Source: the human T2T-CHM13v2.0 reference genome, Homo sapiens
Direction: 5' to 3' (one strand)
Length of the DNA stretch: 64,000 bases
Assembly (NCBI RefSeq): GCF_009914755.1
Contig: NC_060929.1
Shown here: positions 12,869 to 26,480 of the stretch, one piece after another
How the letters are laid out: each line of letters opens with the position of its first letter
Position numbering within the stretch: position 1 is the stretch's first letter
Notes under the pieces: model-generated
Told to the model about the DNA's origin: nothing
The model's database searches: none
What the model saw: only the letters and a program-made list of their open reading frames with translations
Translations under genes and position numbers: made by a program

Positions 12869-15800
12869 TCATTTATCTTTCCTTGATCAATTTGTAAAGT
12901 TATCATGTAGTTAGGAAACCAAGATGTTTTGTGAAGTATCTCTCAAATGTAGACAAATTTGCTTTTTAACTAGCACAATGGCTTAATTCAATTTTATTAT
13001 TAATATATACTGAGTTAATAGTAACTCAATATAACTCAATTAAAATATATCCAATGTTAAGTTATGACTAAAAATAATCTAAATGATAAATGATTTTGAA
13101 ATCTCTTTTAGATTCTCTTTAGAGTCTCAAAAATAATCTAAATGAGAAGTGATTTCCAAATACGTTTTCATTCTTAGGAAAGATTTTTTCTTTCAAATTA
13201 CTGTCCTGAAAGGAAAAATTAGAAAGCAGAAATGTGGGTTTAATGATGTCTTAAGACATTTTATATCTTATATTCCTTTAATCTGGTTTTGATTATGTTA
13301 AGAATCAAATAAGTTCACCAATAAACATGAACTCTTGATTGTAGGAGAGCTAAGCATAAAGTAAACTCATCTACCAATTACCAAGAAGGAATATATTAGA
13401 ACAAAATAATAATAAAAACAATAATAAACAAATCAGAAAAGTTTTGACCTCATAGTTTTCCACATTATTAAGTCTGTCTTAAATAGAATAGCTCTGTTGC
13501 CTCTTATTGAATACATGGTTGACTGACTTTTTTTTTATCTTCAAGTAGATGTGGCTTTTTGATTATAAATAACCTGAAGCTTTGGAAGAAGTAATAACTT
13601 GACCTTTCTTCAGAGTCTCACTTCATTGCACTCATTTCCTTTTGCTTGGCCTTAAGATGAGGAGCTTAGACTTGGACAGAAAATGTTTTCGTTTTATTGT
13701 ATTATAGTTTCTCGTATCTTTAATTTCAAGAACTGATGTAATTTTTAAAAAATGTCTTATCTTTGTCTGCTAGAGATATTAGATAGCATAAGTGCTCCAT
13801 TCACAATTAAGAACTTAGTTTCTCGGCCTTGCAGTCTTCAGGCATTATAAATCCACATGTTTCTTTACCATTAGAGTAAGAATTCTCTCTAGCCTTATTT
13901 TCAGATTACCTTACATTTTTCACGAATTCCTGGAAAGACCTCTAGTTCCTATTATTTATGCCTTCTTACAGATTGGGAAAAAAGTGCTCTCTGTATTATT
14001 ATGGGAGGAAAGGAATTGCCTCTTTGGACAAACTGCAAAGGATACTTCTTCCTGGCATGTCCTAATACAGGCTCTTACTAAACTATGCCTATGCTGGAAT
14101 TTACCCCAAATTTACCACCTTGGCTAGGCGCTAAGGTGCATTGAATCACATACAAACTGGCCTAGTCTTCCCAACATTACGTATTTTATACTGTAGCTTT
14201 CAAAGAAAAATCTTTCTGTATGCTAATTTTAAACTGGCTACTCTATGGCTATGGAGTGCTGGAGTTAAGTCAATAATTCAGTGCCAAGTACTCAGACATT
14301 TTTATCCACCTCATATTATTTCACTAAATAATTCACAGTGATTACCTTAAGATCTTGAATGATGCCCTTCTCACTCATATACTTGCTAACAAAATAGACA
14401 AAGATACTTTAAGTTTAGGAAAATTGTGACTTCTTGTTTAAGGAAACAAATTTTATTGATTCTGCCATGCTTAGCAGACAGTCATGCAGCTGCTAAGACT
14501 ATCAGGTAAGAGTCTCTGCCATCCAAAATAAAATTGCCACTTCAGAAAACATCCTGGATATAGCATTCTTTCAAATTCTCAACCAACTCTAGGGGAATTA
14601 TAATAAGAGACAAAAAGGAAAAGAGAAGACATATTACTATGTATGGCTGGAAAGTGACCAGAAATCATCATTATTCTATAAATTAAAGGGAGATGCAAAT
14701 GTCTTCATATCTTCCATCTTTATTTTACCAGACATTTAGAGAGCATTGTGTGGGAAATCATATATTTGATTGGCCAAATGGTAGCCTGAGCAGGAAATGG
14801 GGCCGAGGGCTTTATTCCCAGCCTGTGCCCGAGGTTGCTTACAACTGATTAAGGCTCATCCTAAGTTCAGATTTGTTTCCACACCATGACTCTCTGCTGC
14901 CATGTAACAATTTCCTTTCCTTTCCTTTTCAGTACCAGGGGATCTGACACCTACAGTCCTATAAATAGTGACTGATTTACTGTAGTATCCAGTAATCCTT
15001 TGAGGGACTTTGTGTATTGATACGAATAAGTCTGTCATCCACATTCTTGGAAAGCTCAGGATATGTTGAATCAAAATACTATAATATTCATTTAAATATT
15101 GGGATACCCAAAATAACATGTTTTTTTTCTTTCTATTACTAAATAAAGGAAATGGGAAACAAATATTGGAGTGAAGGGAAGGAATTGTTTTCTAAACGCA
15201 ATGAGAAAATGACTTTTTATTCGTGACTTTGTACGATTTTCTCTTCTTCAATAGTGTTGTTAGGTGATGCTTTAGCTTATAATGACACAAAAAATAATTT
15301 GATATTTAAATAATGTATTTTTTAGCCTTAAGAGAAATGTGAGGACTTGTGTTTGTAGTAATGTATACAATACTGGCTAGGATTACATATATTACTAATG
15401 TATTTGGTAATTTGTCACCTGACATTGGTTTATGAATATTGAGGAACTTTGAACTATTGAACCTTTGAAATGTATACTTTTTAGACATAATAACTTTAAT
15501 ATGTACTCTTACACTGAACCTATTTAAAGCTACTTTAGTCATTTAGAGCTGCTTGAATTGTGCATTCATACCAAGTTCATATGCATTCTAAATGATTTCA
15601 ACCTATGTATGATGTGGTAAGTGGCTCTGAGATCAACTAAAAATTTACCATCCTAAGTCGGAGAATAGGTATATTTTATATCTTGGCTGTAAGGAAAGTA
15701 CTCTTTTTTAGTTGTATGGAAAAGATATCCAATATTCAGAAATTTTACTCCAAGTTCCCAAGCTACACTTTTAAAATGTAGCTTCTGACATCTCTCACTT

Positions 15801-16369
15801 CTTCCTAAATATATACTGTACATGATTTCCAGAGTCAGGTATTATAAGCAATAAGATTTTTACTCTTTATATATCTATGATGTATGCTACAATATTAAAA
15901 CTCTTTAATATTTCTTATCTTAACATTTTTTAAGAAATAAAATTCTTATTGGGGAAAAATATCATTGACAATAAGTTTTCCTTTATGTGGGTTCAGTATT
16001 TCCAATATACTTCTTTGTCAACTATAAAATATACTTTGGAGTATTTTTTATGTTAATTCACTCATTATGTATTTATTTGTTCATTATTTACTCAAATTCT
16101 ACTACTTAGAATAATTCCATTCTCATGGAATTATATCTTTCCTATGCCAAAAGGAGTAGGAACAGAAAGGTCTGGATAAAATGAATGATCACATTTGTCG
16201 CTTTCTTGTTTTTCATGGGAATAAGTGATCCTGCCCTAGGCTGATAACCGGTCTATGCATCATGCTTGTCCCCTTTGTAGTCTAATGCTCTTCTACCTGG
16301 TCATTTATTTTGGAGTGCCTCCAGGCCTTTTATCTTTATTTTCCTATACATTATTCATTTCTCTTTGGT

Positions 16370-17215
16370 CTTATTTGGGTATTCCCAAGCAGATCATCAA
16401 AGATTCAAATGAACGTATTCTGGGGGTCATCCCAGGAAACCTCAAATAAAGGCAGAGGATTGCTGACATGAAAAGTGAGGTAGAGGAAGCCCATAGCAAT
16501 GTGTCATCAAGGAAGTTACTGGTGCTTAATCCTGCACACAAAACAGTAATAGGCAACTTAAAATATATACAATATGGTTTGGATCTGTGTCCCCACCCAA
16601 ATCTCAGGTTCAAATGTAATCCCTAATTTGGAGATGGGGCTTCGTAGGAGGCAATTGGATGATGAGGGTGGATTTCCCCCTTTGGTGCTGTTCTCATGAT
16701 AGAGTTCTCACTGAGATCTGGTTGTTTAACTGTATGTAGCACCTCACCTCTCTCTGTCTGTCCCTCCTGCTCTGGCCATGTTAGACATGCTTGCTTTCTC
16801 TTCGCCTTCCATTATGATTGTAAGTTTCCTGAGGCCTCCCTAGAAGCAGAAACCACTATGCTTCCTGTACATCCTGCAGAACCATGAGCCAATTAAACTT
16901 CTTTTCTCTATAAATTACCCAGTCTCACATATTTCTCTATAGCAGTGTGAGAATGACTTAATACATGTACCTTGGAGTTTTCCCAACCAATAAGTGAGGA
17001 TGGTAGGGGCCTTTCCCATCAGTGTTAGGTTGAGGTATGGCCCCAAAATGTTATCTTCTAGCATTTCTGACCTGCTGTGTGCATTGCTAAAGCAGATTTC
17101 TGACACCAAAGGAAGCCTGCAGTTAAAGAAATGCAGATGCTAGCATGTGAAAGTCAGTGCAATGAATGCTAAGGACCAAAGTGATGGGAGCAGGGCACCA
17201 CCTGTAATGGCTACA
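16370..17215 (-). mobile_element. LTR33-like ERVL LTR, split by MSTA
   Basis: AAGCAGA...AAGATTC...CATCCCAGGAAAC before the MSTA; CCCATCAGT...AAAGAAATGCAGATGCTAGCA...AAGTCAG after it. Confidence 0.6.
16570..16965 (+). mobile_element. MSTA solo LTR
   Basis: ATATGGTTTGGATCTGTGTCCCCACCCAAATCTCA ... ATAAATTACCCAGTCTC...TAATACA. Confidence 0.9.
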
Positions 17216-18258
17216 TATGCCTTTTATTAACAAAACATGTATTTGCTACACATATGTTATTTTGGAAAAAGGAAAAATTAATTGCAGACAAAAATAATGT
17301 AACAAAACTTAAATGTATTGGAAGGTTTTTCTTATATTACTTTCTTAAATTATCTGTGGGTTGAGATTTTTTAACCACTATTATTTATTTGAAGACATTA
17401 TGGTAAATTTTGTTATATATTAACATATGTAATTGGCTAACTGATCTCTGCTAGTTGAATGACAAAAAGTAGATTTGAAGTCTTGGAGACAATTTTATGA
17501 TATGTGACATAGTCTAGTCTTTTTTTTCTTTTTAATCAAGATTATTTCTCTGCTGTATCTTTATGATAAGATTTGTTGGCATTCACTCTGCCTCTAGCCT
17601 ATATATTTTCAAACCACTCCCATTAATTGCTCAAACATTTCACACAATTTCATTATTCAGTATAAAGCTTATATCATATGGACCGCGTGACAATTCAGGA
17701 AATAAAAATAATGAGTTCCAAAATATATTGTATAGCCTATGGAAGCTTCTAATCATTCTAGTTGAAATTAAAAGACAAATAAGTAGGTTTTTCATCTGAC
17801 CGAAAGCACAAACAGAACCAGATGATATGTACATTGTATGAAATGACTGTTTTGACAAAATATCTAATAATGATTTAAATATAAATTTATATTACTCAAA
17901 TGTCACAAAATAGAATTTCCATGTGTATTTATTTTCTCTAAGATTATTCTAATGATTTTCTTCATACGAGTTTATGCATTAAAGTATTTTGTTGCAGGCA
18001 ATGGAAAATTACTTGAAAAATAATAAGATGGAAAAATGTTAGGTATTTTACAGAGCCAGAGAAAGACTGGAGAGCCAAGCTTAGTACAAGGCATTAGGCA
18101 GCTCCAGGGCAATTCATAAAAACATGTTCAGCAACCTCAATTAGCAAGCCTCCATCACAAGTAATGAATTCTTGTTTTATTTGCTTCATCAATGGATCAT
18201 GTATTTCTAGATTAAAAGTTTCAGAACCATGGTCAGATTGACCTAATTCCTAATTTAA

Positions 18259-18578
<320 letters not shown>

Positions 18579-19262
18579 TGTTCACCTCTTATCTATGTGA
18601 AGGCATTAATGTGCTAGTCAACGGGGAAGATATGCTGCCTTGAAGGAAATCAGACTAGTTTTTTCAAAATATGACACAATGGACACTGGATTACACCAAA
18701 AACATGGAAGTTTTATTATACGGAAAGAGAACGTGAATTATCTTCCTGAAATATAGAACTGAGCCAATTAGATCTAAAAACTCCAACTTTTAAGTAATAG
18801 CCTTGGAGAAAAGGGACAAATTTAGAAGTAGGTTCTTTTGTGGTAACGGACTGAGGTTAAAAGGGGATCATGATAAATATCTAAACAACTGCTCAAGATG
18901 TGAGCTATCATGACTGATAGCCACTGTAATAGATTGCATCTATAATTCTGTCATGGTACTGAGAATTAGAATCCTAAAGCTTTGGCTTTCTCTTGATCTG
19001 GAAAATGGTTGTTACCCCATGTATTATAAATCAGGCTCATTGCATTGAGGGAAATGTCCAGATCGTGAAAATCATCTACATGGAGGCAGAAAAAAGGGTT
19101 ATAGAAGCAAAGATGGAGGAAATAAATTCTGTGCTTTTGTTACCATTTTCACGCTTTCCCTTTTATTCATGTACATAATGAAACAAAATTTCTTTTAAAA
19201 TTGCCAATGAAAAATAATTCAATTCAAAATTTCAAATATTCACACAAAAGTCTTCAGATAAA

Positions 19263-19560
19263 TGTGGTAAACTGTAAAAATGGCCACAAATTATCCATGT
19301 CCTTGCACCCAGCCTCTTGCAATGTAAAGCTACAGATCCTCTTCTCAAGACTGGGGAGCTATTTCTCTAACCATTGCGACTAGGTGTGACTTCCTAGGAC
19401 TAATGAGAAATTAGCCAGCATGAAACAAACAGGGATTTGGAAAGCATGTGTACGTCGAACATTTTCTTTTATTGCTCTTTGAAACTGTTAACAATATGTG
19501 AACATCTCTTGGCTCTCCTGATGGATAATAAAAGAAACCTAGCCTATTCTTCCTCCAGTA
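19263..19560 (+). mobile_element. MLT1H-like LTR, 5' part
   Basis: TGTGGTAAACTGTAAAAATGGCCACAAAT...CCTCTTGCAATGT. Confidence 0.65.
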
Positions 19561-19651
19561 TGACTGGAGGAAGAATAGTTCGGATTATGTGGTCATGGAA
19601 TCTATGATGCAAAAACACTAGAGCTAGAATTTAATTCAAAAGAAAATGAGA

Positions 19652-19979
<328 letters not shown>

Positions 19980-20058
19980 AAAAGAAAATGAGAAAATTAT
20001 TCTCCCAACAAATAAAATAGTAACAAAAAAGGCTTCAAGGTAAAATGAGTTTAGCATA

Positions 20059-20535
20059 TGTATCAGCTTGCTATGGTTACCATAACAAAGTACCACAAAT
20101 TGGGTGGCTAAAATAAAGGAAATGTATTGTCGTGCAGTTCTGGGGGCTGGAAACCTATGAACAAGGTGTTTGCAAGGTTGCTTCCTGCAGAGAGCTGAGG
20201 AAGAATTAGTTCCCTGCCTCTCCCCAGCTTCTGGTGGCTTGATAGCAATCTTGGTATTTCTTAGCTTGTAGAAGCATCATCTTGATCTCTGCCTTTATCT
20301 TCACATGGCATTCTCCTGTGTGTGTCCAAATTTTCATGTTTTTAAAGGACATTAGTCATATTGGGTTAAGGGCTACTATGACCAATATACCCCAGAATGA
20401 TGTCCCCTTACTTAACTAATTACATCTGCTATAAGGTTATTTTTTATTTTTAATTTTTGAATAAGTTCATGTTCTGAGATTCTAGGGATTAGGACTTTGT
20501 TACATGAATTTTTGGGTGGACACAAACCCATAACA
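20059..20535 (-). mobile_element. MLT1C-like solo LTR
   Basis: TGTATCAG...CATAACAAAGTACCACAAATTGGGTGGC ... AAACCCATAACA, ~477 bp. Confidence 0.85.
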
Positions 20536-20544
20536 GGAGACAGA

Positions 20545-20765
20545 ACAGTTAGATTTGCTAAATAACAAACCATCCAAAAACTTTTGCTTTAAATAATATT
20601 TATTTCACCCATGATTTTGCGAGTTGGCGGTTAGAGCTGGAATCAGTTGGTGGCTTAGGTGGACTCACCGGTGCATTTGTGTTCAGCTAAGGATTAACCA
20701 AGCAACGCTGCTTCTGAAGGTCGGCACTTTGTTGGTGGAGGCGACAGGTGCAGTTAGGCTAGGTT
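20545..20765 (-). mobile_element. Old MLT1 LTR fragment
   Basis: TAACAAACCATCCAAAAACTT...CATGATTTTGCGAGTTGGC. Confidence 0.55.
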
Positions 20766-20794
20766 TCTTTTATTATTCTACTTTTATTGTCTTT

Positions 20795-20955
20795 ATCATA
20801 CTTATTTCTCTCTAAAGTTAACTATAATCCTGATTTACTTAATTTTGAATCTTCTCCACTAAAATGTAAGCCCCATGGGAGGAGACATCTTTATTGTCTT
20901 TTTATTACTATCCTCACAAAACTTAACATACAACAGTTTCTTAATAAATATTAAT
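20795..20955 (+). mobile_element. L2 3' end fragment
   Basis: CCACTAAAATGTAAGCCCCATGGGAGGAGAC...TAATAAATATT. Confidence 0.65.
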
Positions 20956-23900
20956 TATACACATACCTCCCTTGAATTAATAAATAACATTTATTAATTA
21001 ATATCAATTAATTAACAGTTTCTTAATAAATATTAATTATATATAGATACACCAGAGAGCATTTAAAACTATTTCACAATTAAAATTTTAACCTATATAA
21101 GACATTTTCCTTCAAATAAACTCTTGAAAGCAGAGTTTATTTGAAATAGAGTATGACTGCTTACTTAGAAAGCCATGTAGAAATTACATATAATCTATTA
21201 GTAAGATAGAAGTATCAATGTTTGGGATTTTTTAATTTTCTCATCTCTTAGAGATAATTCTGTCTTCAACATTGAGAGTCATGAGTACAGCCTCTAGAAT
21301 AATTAAAAATTCCAGTTGTTGGGATATAAAGGGAAGGAGTCAGTAATTAACAAAATTATTTCTAGATAAAGGAAATTCCAGGCATAGATTAGACCTTAGC
21401 CATAGAACTGGAAAGAATAAAAATTAAGAGCAAGATTAATCCTTTGTATTCTCCATCCTCACTAAGGCTAAATGAGAGACATCCTAAGGAATGGGAAAGG
21501 GAGATAGTGGGTGACACTAGAAAAAGGATGGTAGAAGTAAGATAGTAGACACTGGAGGATAACGTTGAAAGGAGAAGAGTTAGAATTTGCAAGCTTGACA
21601 ACACCATCTGGGGATATGTCCTAATAGCAGGAGATTTTCACTTCTGTGAATACTACACATTGCCCACACAGATAACCAGTTCTTCTTGACACAGGCATCT
21701 GATTGTTGCTTGCAAGAATCCCATCAATCTTTCAAGTAAAAGTCACTTTATAAATCTGACCCTATGTCAAAATCTCCCCTTTGCAATGACTTAGGATGTT
21801 TCATCATCTTGCAAAGACAAAGTGGGTCTCTGGACATCCAGAAGAGTTGCAGAATAGAAGCTGAAACTTCCAAACCTGGTCTCCAATGTCATGGACTAAT
21901 AAGAGTGGATTAAGGTGGACAGATAAAAATAAACAAACATTCATCACTACATCTCTTGCATATGCATATTAACTACTTGGATAATGCTATGAAGAAGATG
22001 CTATTTCACATAGATACTGATTCTTTCAGTACAGAAGATCGGAGTTACATGCATAGGTGTGGCATAACCATCCGTTCTGTTTCTTCAAATTATGTAATCC
22101 TCCCTTGAAGCAGTTCTGTACAGAGACCTTAATGAAAATAATTTACCCTAATTATAGGGATTTGAGCCCCTTCAGAGATACAAGACATTATGCAGAATCA
22201 TAGCTACTCTCTTTATATATTTTTCCACATTAGCTGGAAATAAAATGCATTTTGGTTAAAAATAATCTAACCTAAAGAGTTGTAGCCATATGTTACCTTA
22301 GAAACTTTAAAGAATTACCACCCAAAATGAATTCAGTACCCTGAATCCATCATGCTTGAACTATCTCAATTTTTAAAGGAGGTATTTATATTGAAATTGC
22401 ATAGCATGATGACTATTTTAGTTGGTTTCCCAGAACAAAGGTATCACATACCTAAAACCTCCTTCTCTTGAATCCATACACACAAAAAGCATTTAAAAAT
22501 CATATGTGTGTGTGAGGGGAGATATGTACATTAGCTGCTAAAACTTAAGTAAATATCTGTATCTATATATAAGATGCACAGAATCAATATACATATATAA
22601 AAGTCAGTATGTATACCACACACACTATATAATTTCATCTTATAGCCTTCACAACAGATTTAATAATTTTATTATCTATTTTGGGAGAAAACATTATAGC
22701 ATCAATTGGTTTACCCTGATTTTACTTTAGTATGGTATAAAAAATAAGAATAAGTTACAGGGCATTATAGAGTAAAGGACAAATAAATGATAGAGACCAA
22801 ACAACTCTACCTTCTTGAATACTACAGTCCTAATAGTAGAAATATTAATAGTAATCACCAGCATTTGATTATTTATTGTTATACTTACACTGTACTGTAT
22901 ACTCTCAAGTAGAAATTTTAAAATATATGTAGGTGTTCTAATATTTACTCATTTCACACAGCTTTATTGCATATAGTCTCAGGGATATTATATTATTTGG
23001 GAAATAGTTGAGAGTATAATTGATAATTTTAGAGAGCTGCTTAAGCCAGCATGCAAATTTCAAAGCATGTTTGTAGTTTGTATAACAAGCAATATGTAAG
23101 GAATCATTGGCACTCATATTTCCTAAAGGAACATTTGCTTAAGCCATTGGAAATTTAGACCTAGTTAACTTCAAACCAAGTCAGATAAGCAATCTTTCTT
23201 GCGTGTGTACATGCAAATGTGTCTTGTAAAACATCAAACTTGAAAACATTCCCTGTTGCTGTTTTAGGAAACAACAGCACGTTTTCTCATTTTTCTGTAG
23301 AAAGTTTCTTCTCTACTTCAGTTTCTGCATTTCTAATAAGTCTTCATCTATTTGTTTCCGCTCATATCAAAAGTAATTACAAGTAAAGTGACACACATAA
23401 ACACATATATATGACATACATATACAGATACAGCTGTAAATACACATATAGATATTTTTAAGAGCATTCCTGTGGATTGTGGCATTTGTGAAGGAAAAAA
23501 TAGATCAGTATCACATCTACGGAAGTCATATATTCTAAACGTGAATAAAGGCTTATTGTGGCAAATATTAAAAATGGTAACCAAACTGATATTTCCAGAT
23601 CTTCAGCATATGGCTTAAAAATTGGTACATATCTATCACTTACCAGGATGCACTCAGCTCAAAACAACTTAAAAAAATTCAGTCATCTCCAACTCCTTAT
23701 AGCTCATAACATTTATAAAATATATTCTAACGTCTATAAGAATGGTTATATTCACCATCTTTATAATGGTAAATAGTAGGAAAAAGCAGTTATGATTTAT
23801 TGACCACTCCATTCCAAACAGGTAAGAGACACTATCAGGACTCATACACGCAGTGCAAACTTACTTTGCTAATGTATGTAAACAACATGTAAATCTGACA

Positions 23901-24229
23901 AAGTTGGTAGGCAGGTGGGGGGGGTCATACATAGAGGCAAGAATAACAAGTCTGTCTTTTATAGCATCATAACAGTATAAGCTTTAGATTATATTTCTTG
24001 TTTAAGACATTTCAGTGATTCCTCATTGTCTACTTACTTTTAAATATCTACAGGTGGCTTGTATATTTACCCTTGTAAAAATCACTTTCACCAAGACAAC
24101 AGTCATACCTGAATTCAGTCAACCTATACCTGAGTTAGGTATAAGAAATAGAGAATTGAGAAAGATTTTGATATAGAACAAGTTTCAGAATTAGGGTTTC
24201 TATACTTGGTCACTGTTTTGCTATGTTGC

Positions 24230-24415
24230 AGGAGGAAAGACAGCAGTTCAGGGCAAGATCAAGGTTCCAGGTTCTGTAAGTGGGTGCATGGTAATTCTGG
24301 GTGCCAATGCATCTCTTGCAACAGGAGGTGCATAATTTAGGGAAAAATGCATTGCTTTTAAATTTGTGCACATGTAAAATTAACATTTCTGTGAGATGCC
24401 TGGTTGGAAAAGGAG
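24230..24415 (-). mobile_element. L2 fragment
   Basis: Purine-rich antisense L2 core-like sequence ending CTGTGAGATGCCTGGTTGGAAA. Confidence 0.5.
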
Positions 24416-24805
24416 GATCCTAATAGCTAATATTAATTAAGTGACATCTTTGTTCTTTTTATTGTGCTGTGTCCTTCTACCACTACAAGCAGCACCATCA
24501 TCACTACAAACACAGCAGCAGAAGTAGTAAAATTATATTTAAATATTAAGCATCTTCACAGAATTTAAATAGAATTAAAAAATCTGGTGATGAGCAGTAG
24601 CTGCTTGCATAGCCCTTTGGCCTCTGAGTCCAGAAACTAAACTGTAGTCAGGAAAGGAAATCCTGTAAGAGGATGTAGTGCAATGATAGAACAGGAACTT
24701 CCACATTCAGGCAGGTTCTGGATGGAATTTTGTCTGTTGAGAGGAGGCTGAACAAGACAGGGAGGATTACCACCATGCCTGCAGCTGGTAACTTCACAGC
24801 TGCAC

Positions 24806-24920
24806 GCTTACCTGAGGTGGCTGGAGGGCTCTTCCTGCGAACCTGAGCAAGCATTACAGTGTTCTAGTAACTGGGTCTTTATATGACTTTGGACTGGTAG
24901 GCAAGAACTCCCAATATAAA
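24806..24920 (-). promoter_or_regulatory. Candidate TATA promoter, short first exon and splice donor
   Basis: Minus strand TATAAAG at 24883-24877 and CAG|GTAAGC donor at 24812/24811; CCAAT at 24911-24915; motif evidence only. Confidence 0.25.
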
Positions 24921-24929
24921 GTATGGTTC

Positions 24930-25115
24930 AACAGGGATCGGTGGCATGCAACTGTAGTCCTAGCTACTTGGAAGGCTGAGGCAGGAGGACCTCTTGAGCC
25001 TAGGATTTCAAGATTAGACTGGTCAACATCGTGAGAGCCTGTCTCAAAAAAAGAAACAAACAAAAAAACAAAGAAAAAAACCCCAAAACCAAAACCAAAA
25101 ACAAACAAATAAAAA
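24930..25115 (+). mobile_element. FLAM with A-rich tail
   Basis: GGTGGCATGCAACTGTAGTCCTAGCTACTTGG...GCCTGTCTCAAAAAA monomer. Confidence 0.85.
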
Positions 25116-25284
25116 ACATCTGGCTGAAAAAGGGGTTTGTTGGGGGCAACCACCGGATGGAAAAGTAAGTGAGAAGATACATTTCCCACTCAGAAAAAAG
25201 TTTGCAAATGTCATTTTTCAAAATAAAAGAAAAAATAGACAAAAACACAAATAAGAGAAATTATTTAATTAAAAATGAAATCTA

Positions 25285-25574
25285 AGCTGGACATGGTGGC
25301 TCATGCCTGTAATCTCAGCACTTTGGGAGGCTAAGGAGGGCAGATCACTTGAAGTCAGGAATTTGAGACCAGCCTGGTCAACATGGTGAAACCGCATCTC
25401 TATTAAAAATACAAAAATTAGCCTGGTGTAGTGCACCTGTAATCCCAGCTAATCAGAAGGCTGAGGAACAAGAGTCACTTGAACCTGGGAAGCAGAGGTT
25501 GCATTGAGCCGAGATCTGCCACTGCACTCAGCCTGGGTGACAGAGGGAGACTGTCTCAAAAAAAAAAAAAAAAA
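25285..25574 (+). mobile_element. Alu (AluSz/J-like)
   Basis: Full dimer; TSD-like GAAATCTAAG / GAAGTCTAAG. Confidence 0.93.
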
Positions 25575-25799
25575 GAAGTCTAAGACATATTCATAAAGAC
25601 TTCAGTTTATTGCAGGATATATAAAGAGATAATAGAATAATAACATCCATAAACAGGAACAGTAGGTCAAAAAACAAAATTGTATATTAACTAAGAAGTA
25701 GATATGAAAAAATGGTCAGAAGCATTGGAATAAATATTTTATTGAAACCAGACACTCAATATATGGGCTATATTATCTTGGTTACCATTTCCTAAAATA

Positions 25800-25940
25800 C
25801 GATTCTCTTTTACATTAGAGACTGACATTGAAGCAATAAAAAATTAAGTGCAATATTCAACAACATGTAACCAAAGGGGCAGGGGCAGGAGTCTAACTCA
25901 GGTGTCACAGATGCAGAGACTGATGTGATTTCCAAAGCTC
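25800..25940 (-). mobile_element. MIR
   Basis: TTAAGTG...GGGGCAGGAGTCTAACTCAGGTGTC resembles antisense MIR. Confidence 0.6.
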
Positions 25941-26008
25941 TGTTACCTTCCCATGGCATAAAATTAATTTGCATTTACAGAACTAGAGCTTATAATTGCA
26001 GTCACCAT

Positions 26009-26042
26009 ATGTGTGTGTATGTGTGTGTATGTACACGCAAAT

Positions 26043-26075
<33 letters not shown>

Positions 26076-26085
26076 AATATATATA
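26009..26085. repeat. (TG)/(CA)/(TA) microsatellite
   Basis: Directly visible. Confidence 0.9.
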
Positions 26086-26204
26086 CTGGTTCATAGAGTC
26101 TAGAAAATATATAAAAATACTGACAAGGGTTATCAGTCTCTAGTCTCATAATATCTATCCAAAACCTTGTTAAACATGCAATAGGAAATAGGGATCAGCT
26201 TGCA

Positions 26205-26480
26205 CTTTTTCAACATTCAAAATGTTTCGAGATTTTCTTTATTCCAGGCACTGAGTTCAAGTCCAGAGAAAGATGTTCTGCAAAATAGATCCAGTTTTTT
26301 GGTGGCCCACAGTCTCAGGAAGAGGAAAGATACTAATAAAGATAGAGTCATAAATGTGGTAAGTATTGTGCAAAATGTAAAAGGCAACACAATGTATCAG
26401 AACTTATTTGAATTAACTCTAGGTTTTGTGGTAGAAAATGCTCTATTTTAATGCATTTAAGGTGACATGGTAAATATGAG
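26205..26480 (-). mobile_element. L2 3' region
   Basis: CATTCAAAATGTTTCGAG...CCAGGCACTGAGTTCAAG resembles the antisense L2 terminus. Confidence 0.55.

Noticed and set aside
13068-13161. Imperfect ~33-bp direct repeat (AAAAATAATCTAAATGA...)
   Set aside because: Short, AT-rich and diverged; no functional inference possible.
23050-23290. Two ATGCAAAT octamers and a GATA site
   Set aside because: These motifs recur throughout this AT-rich window; no independent enhancer evidence.
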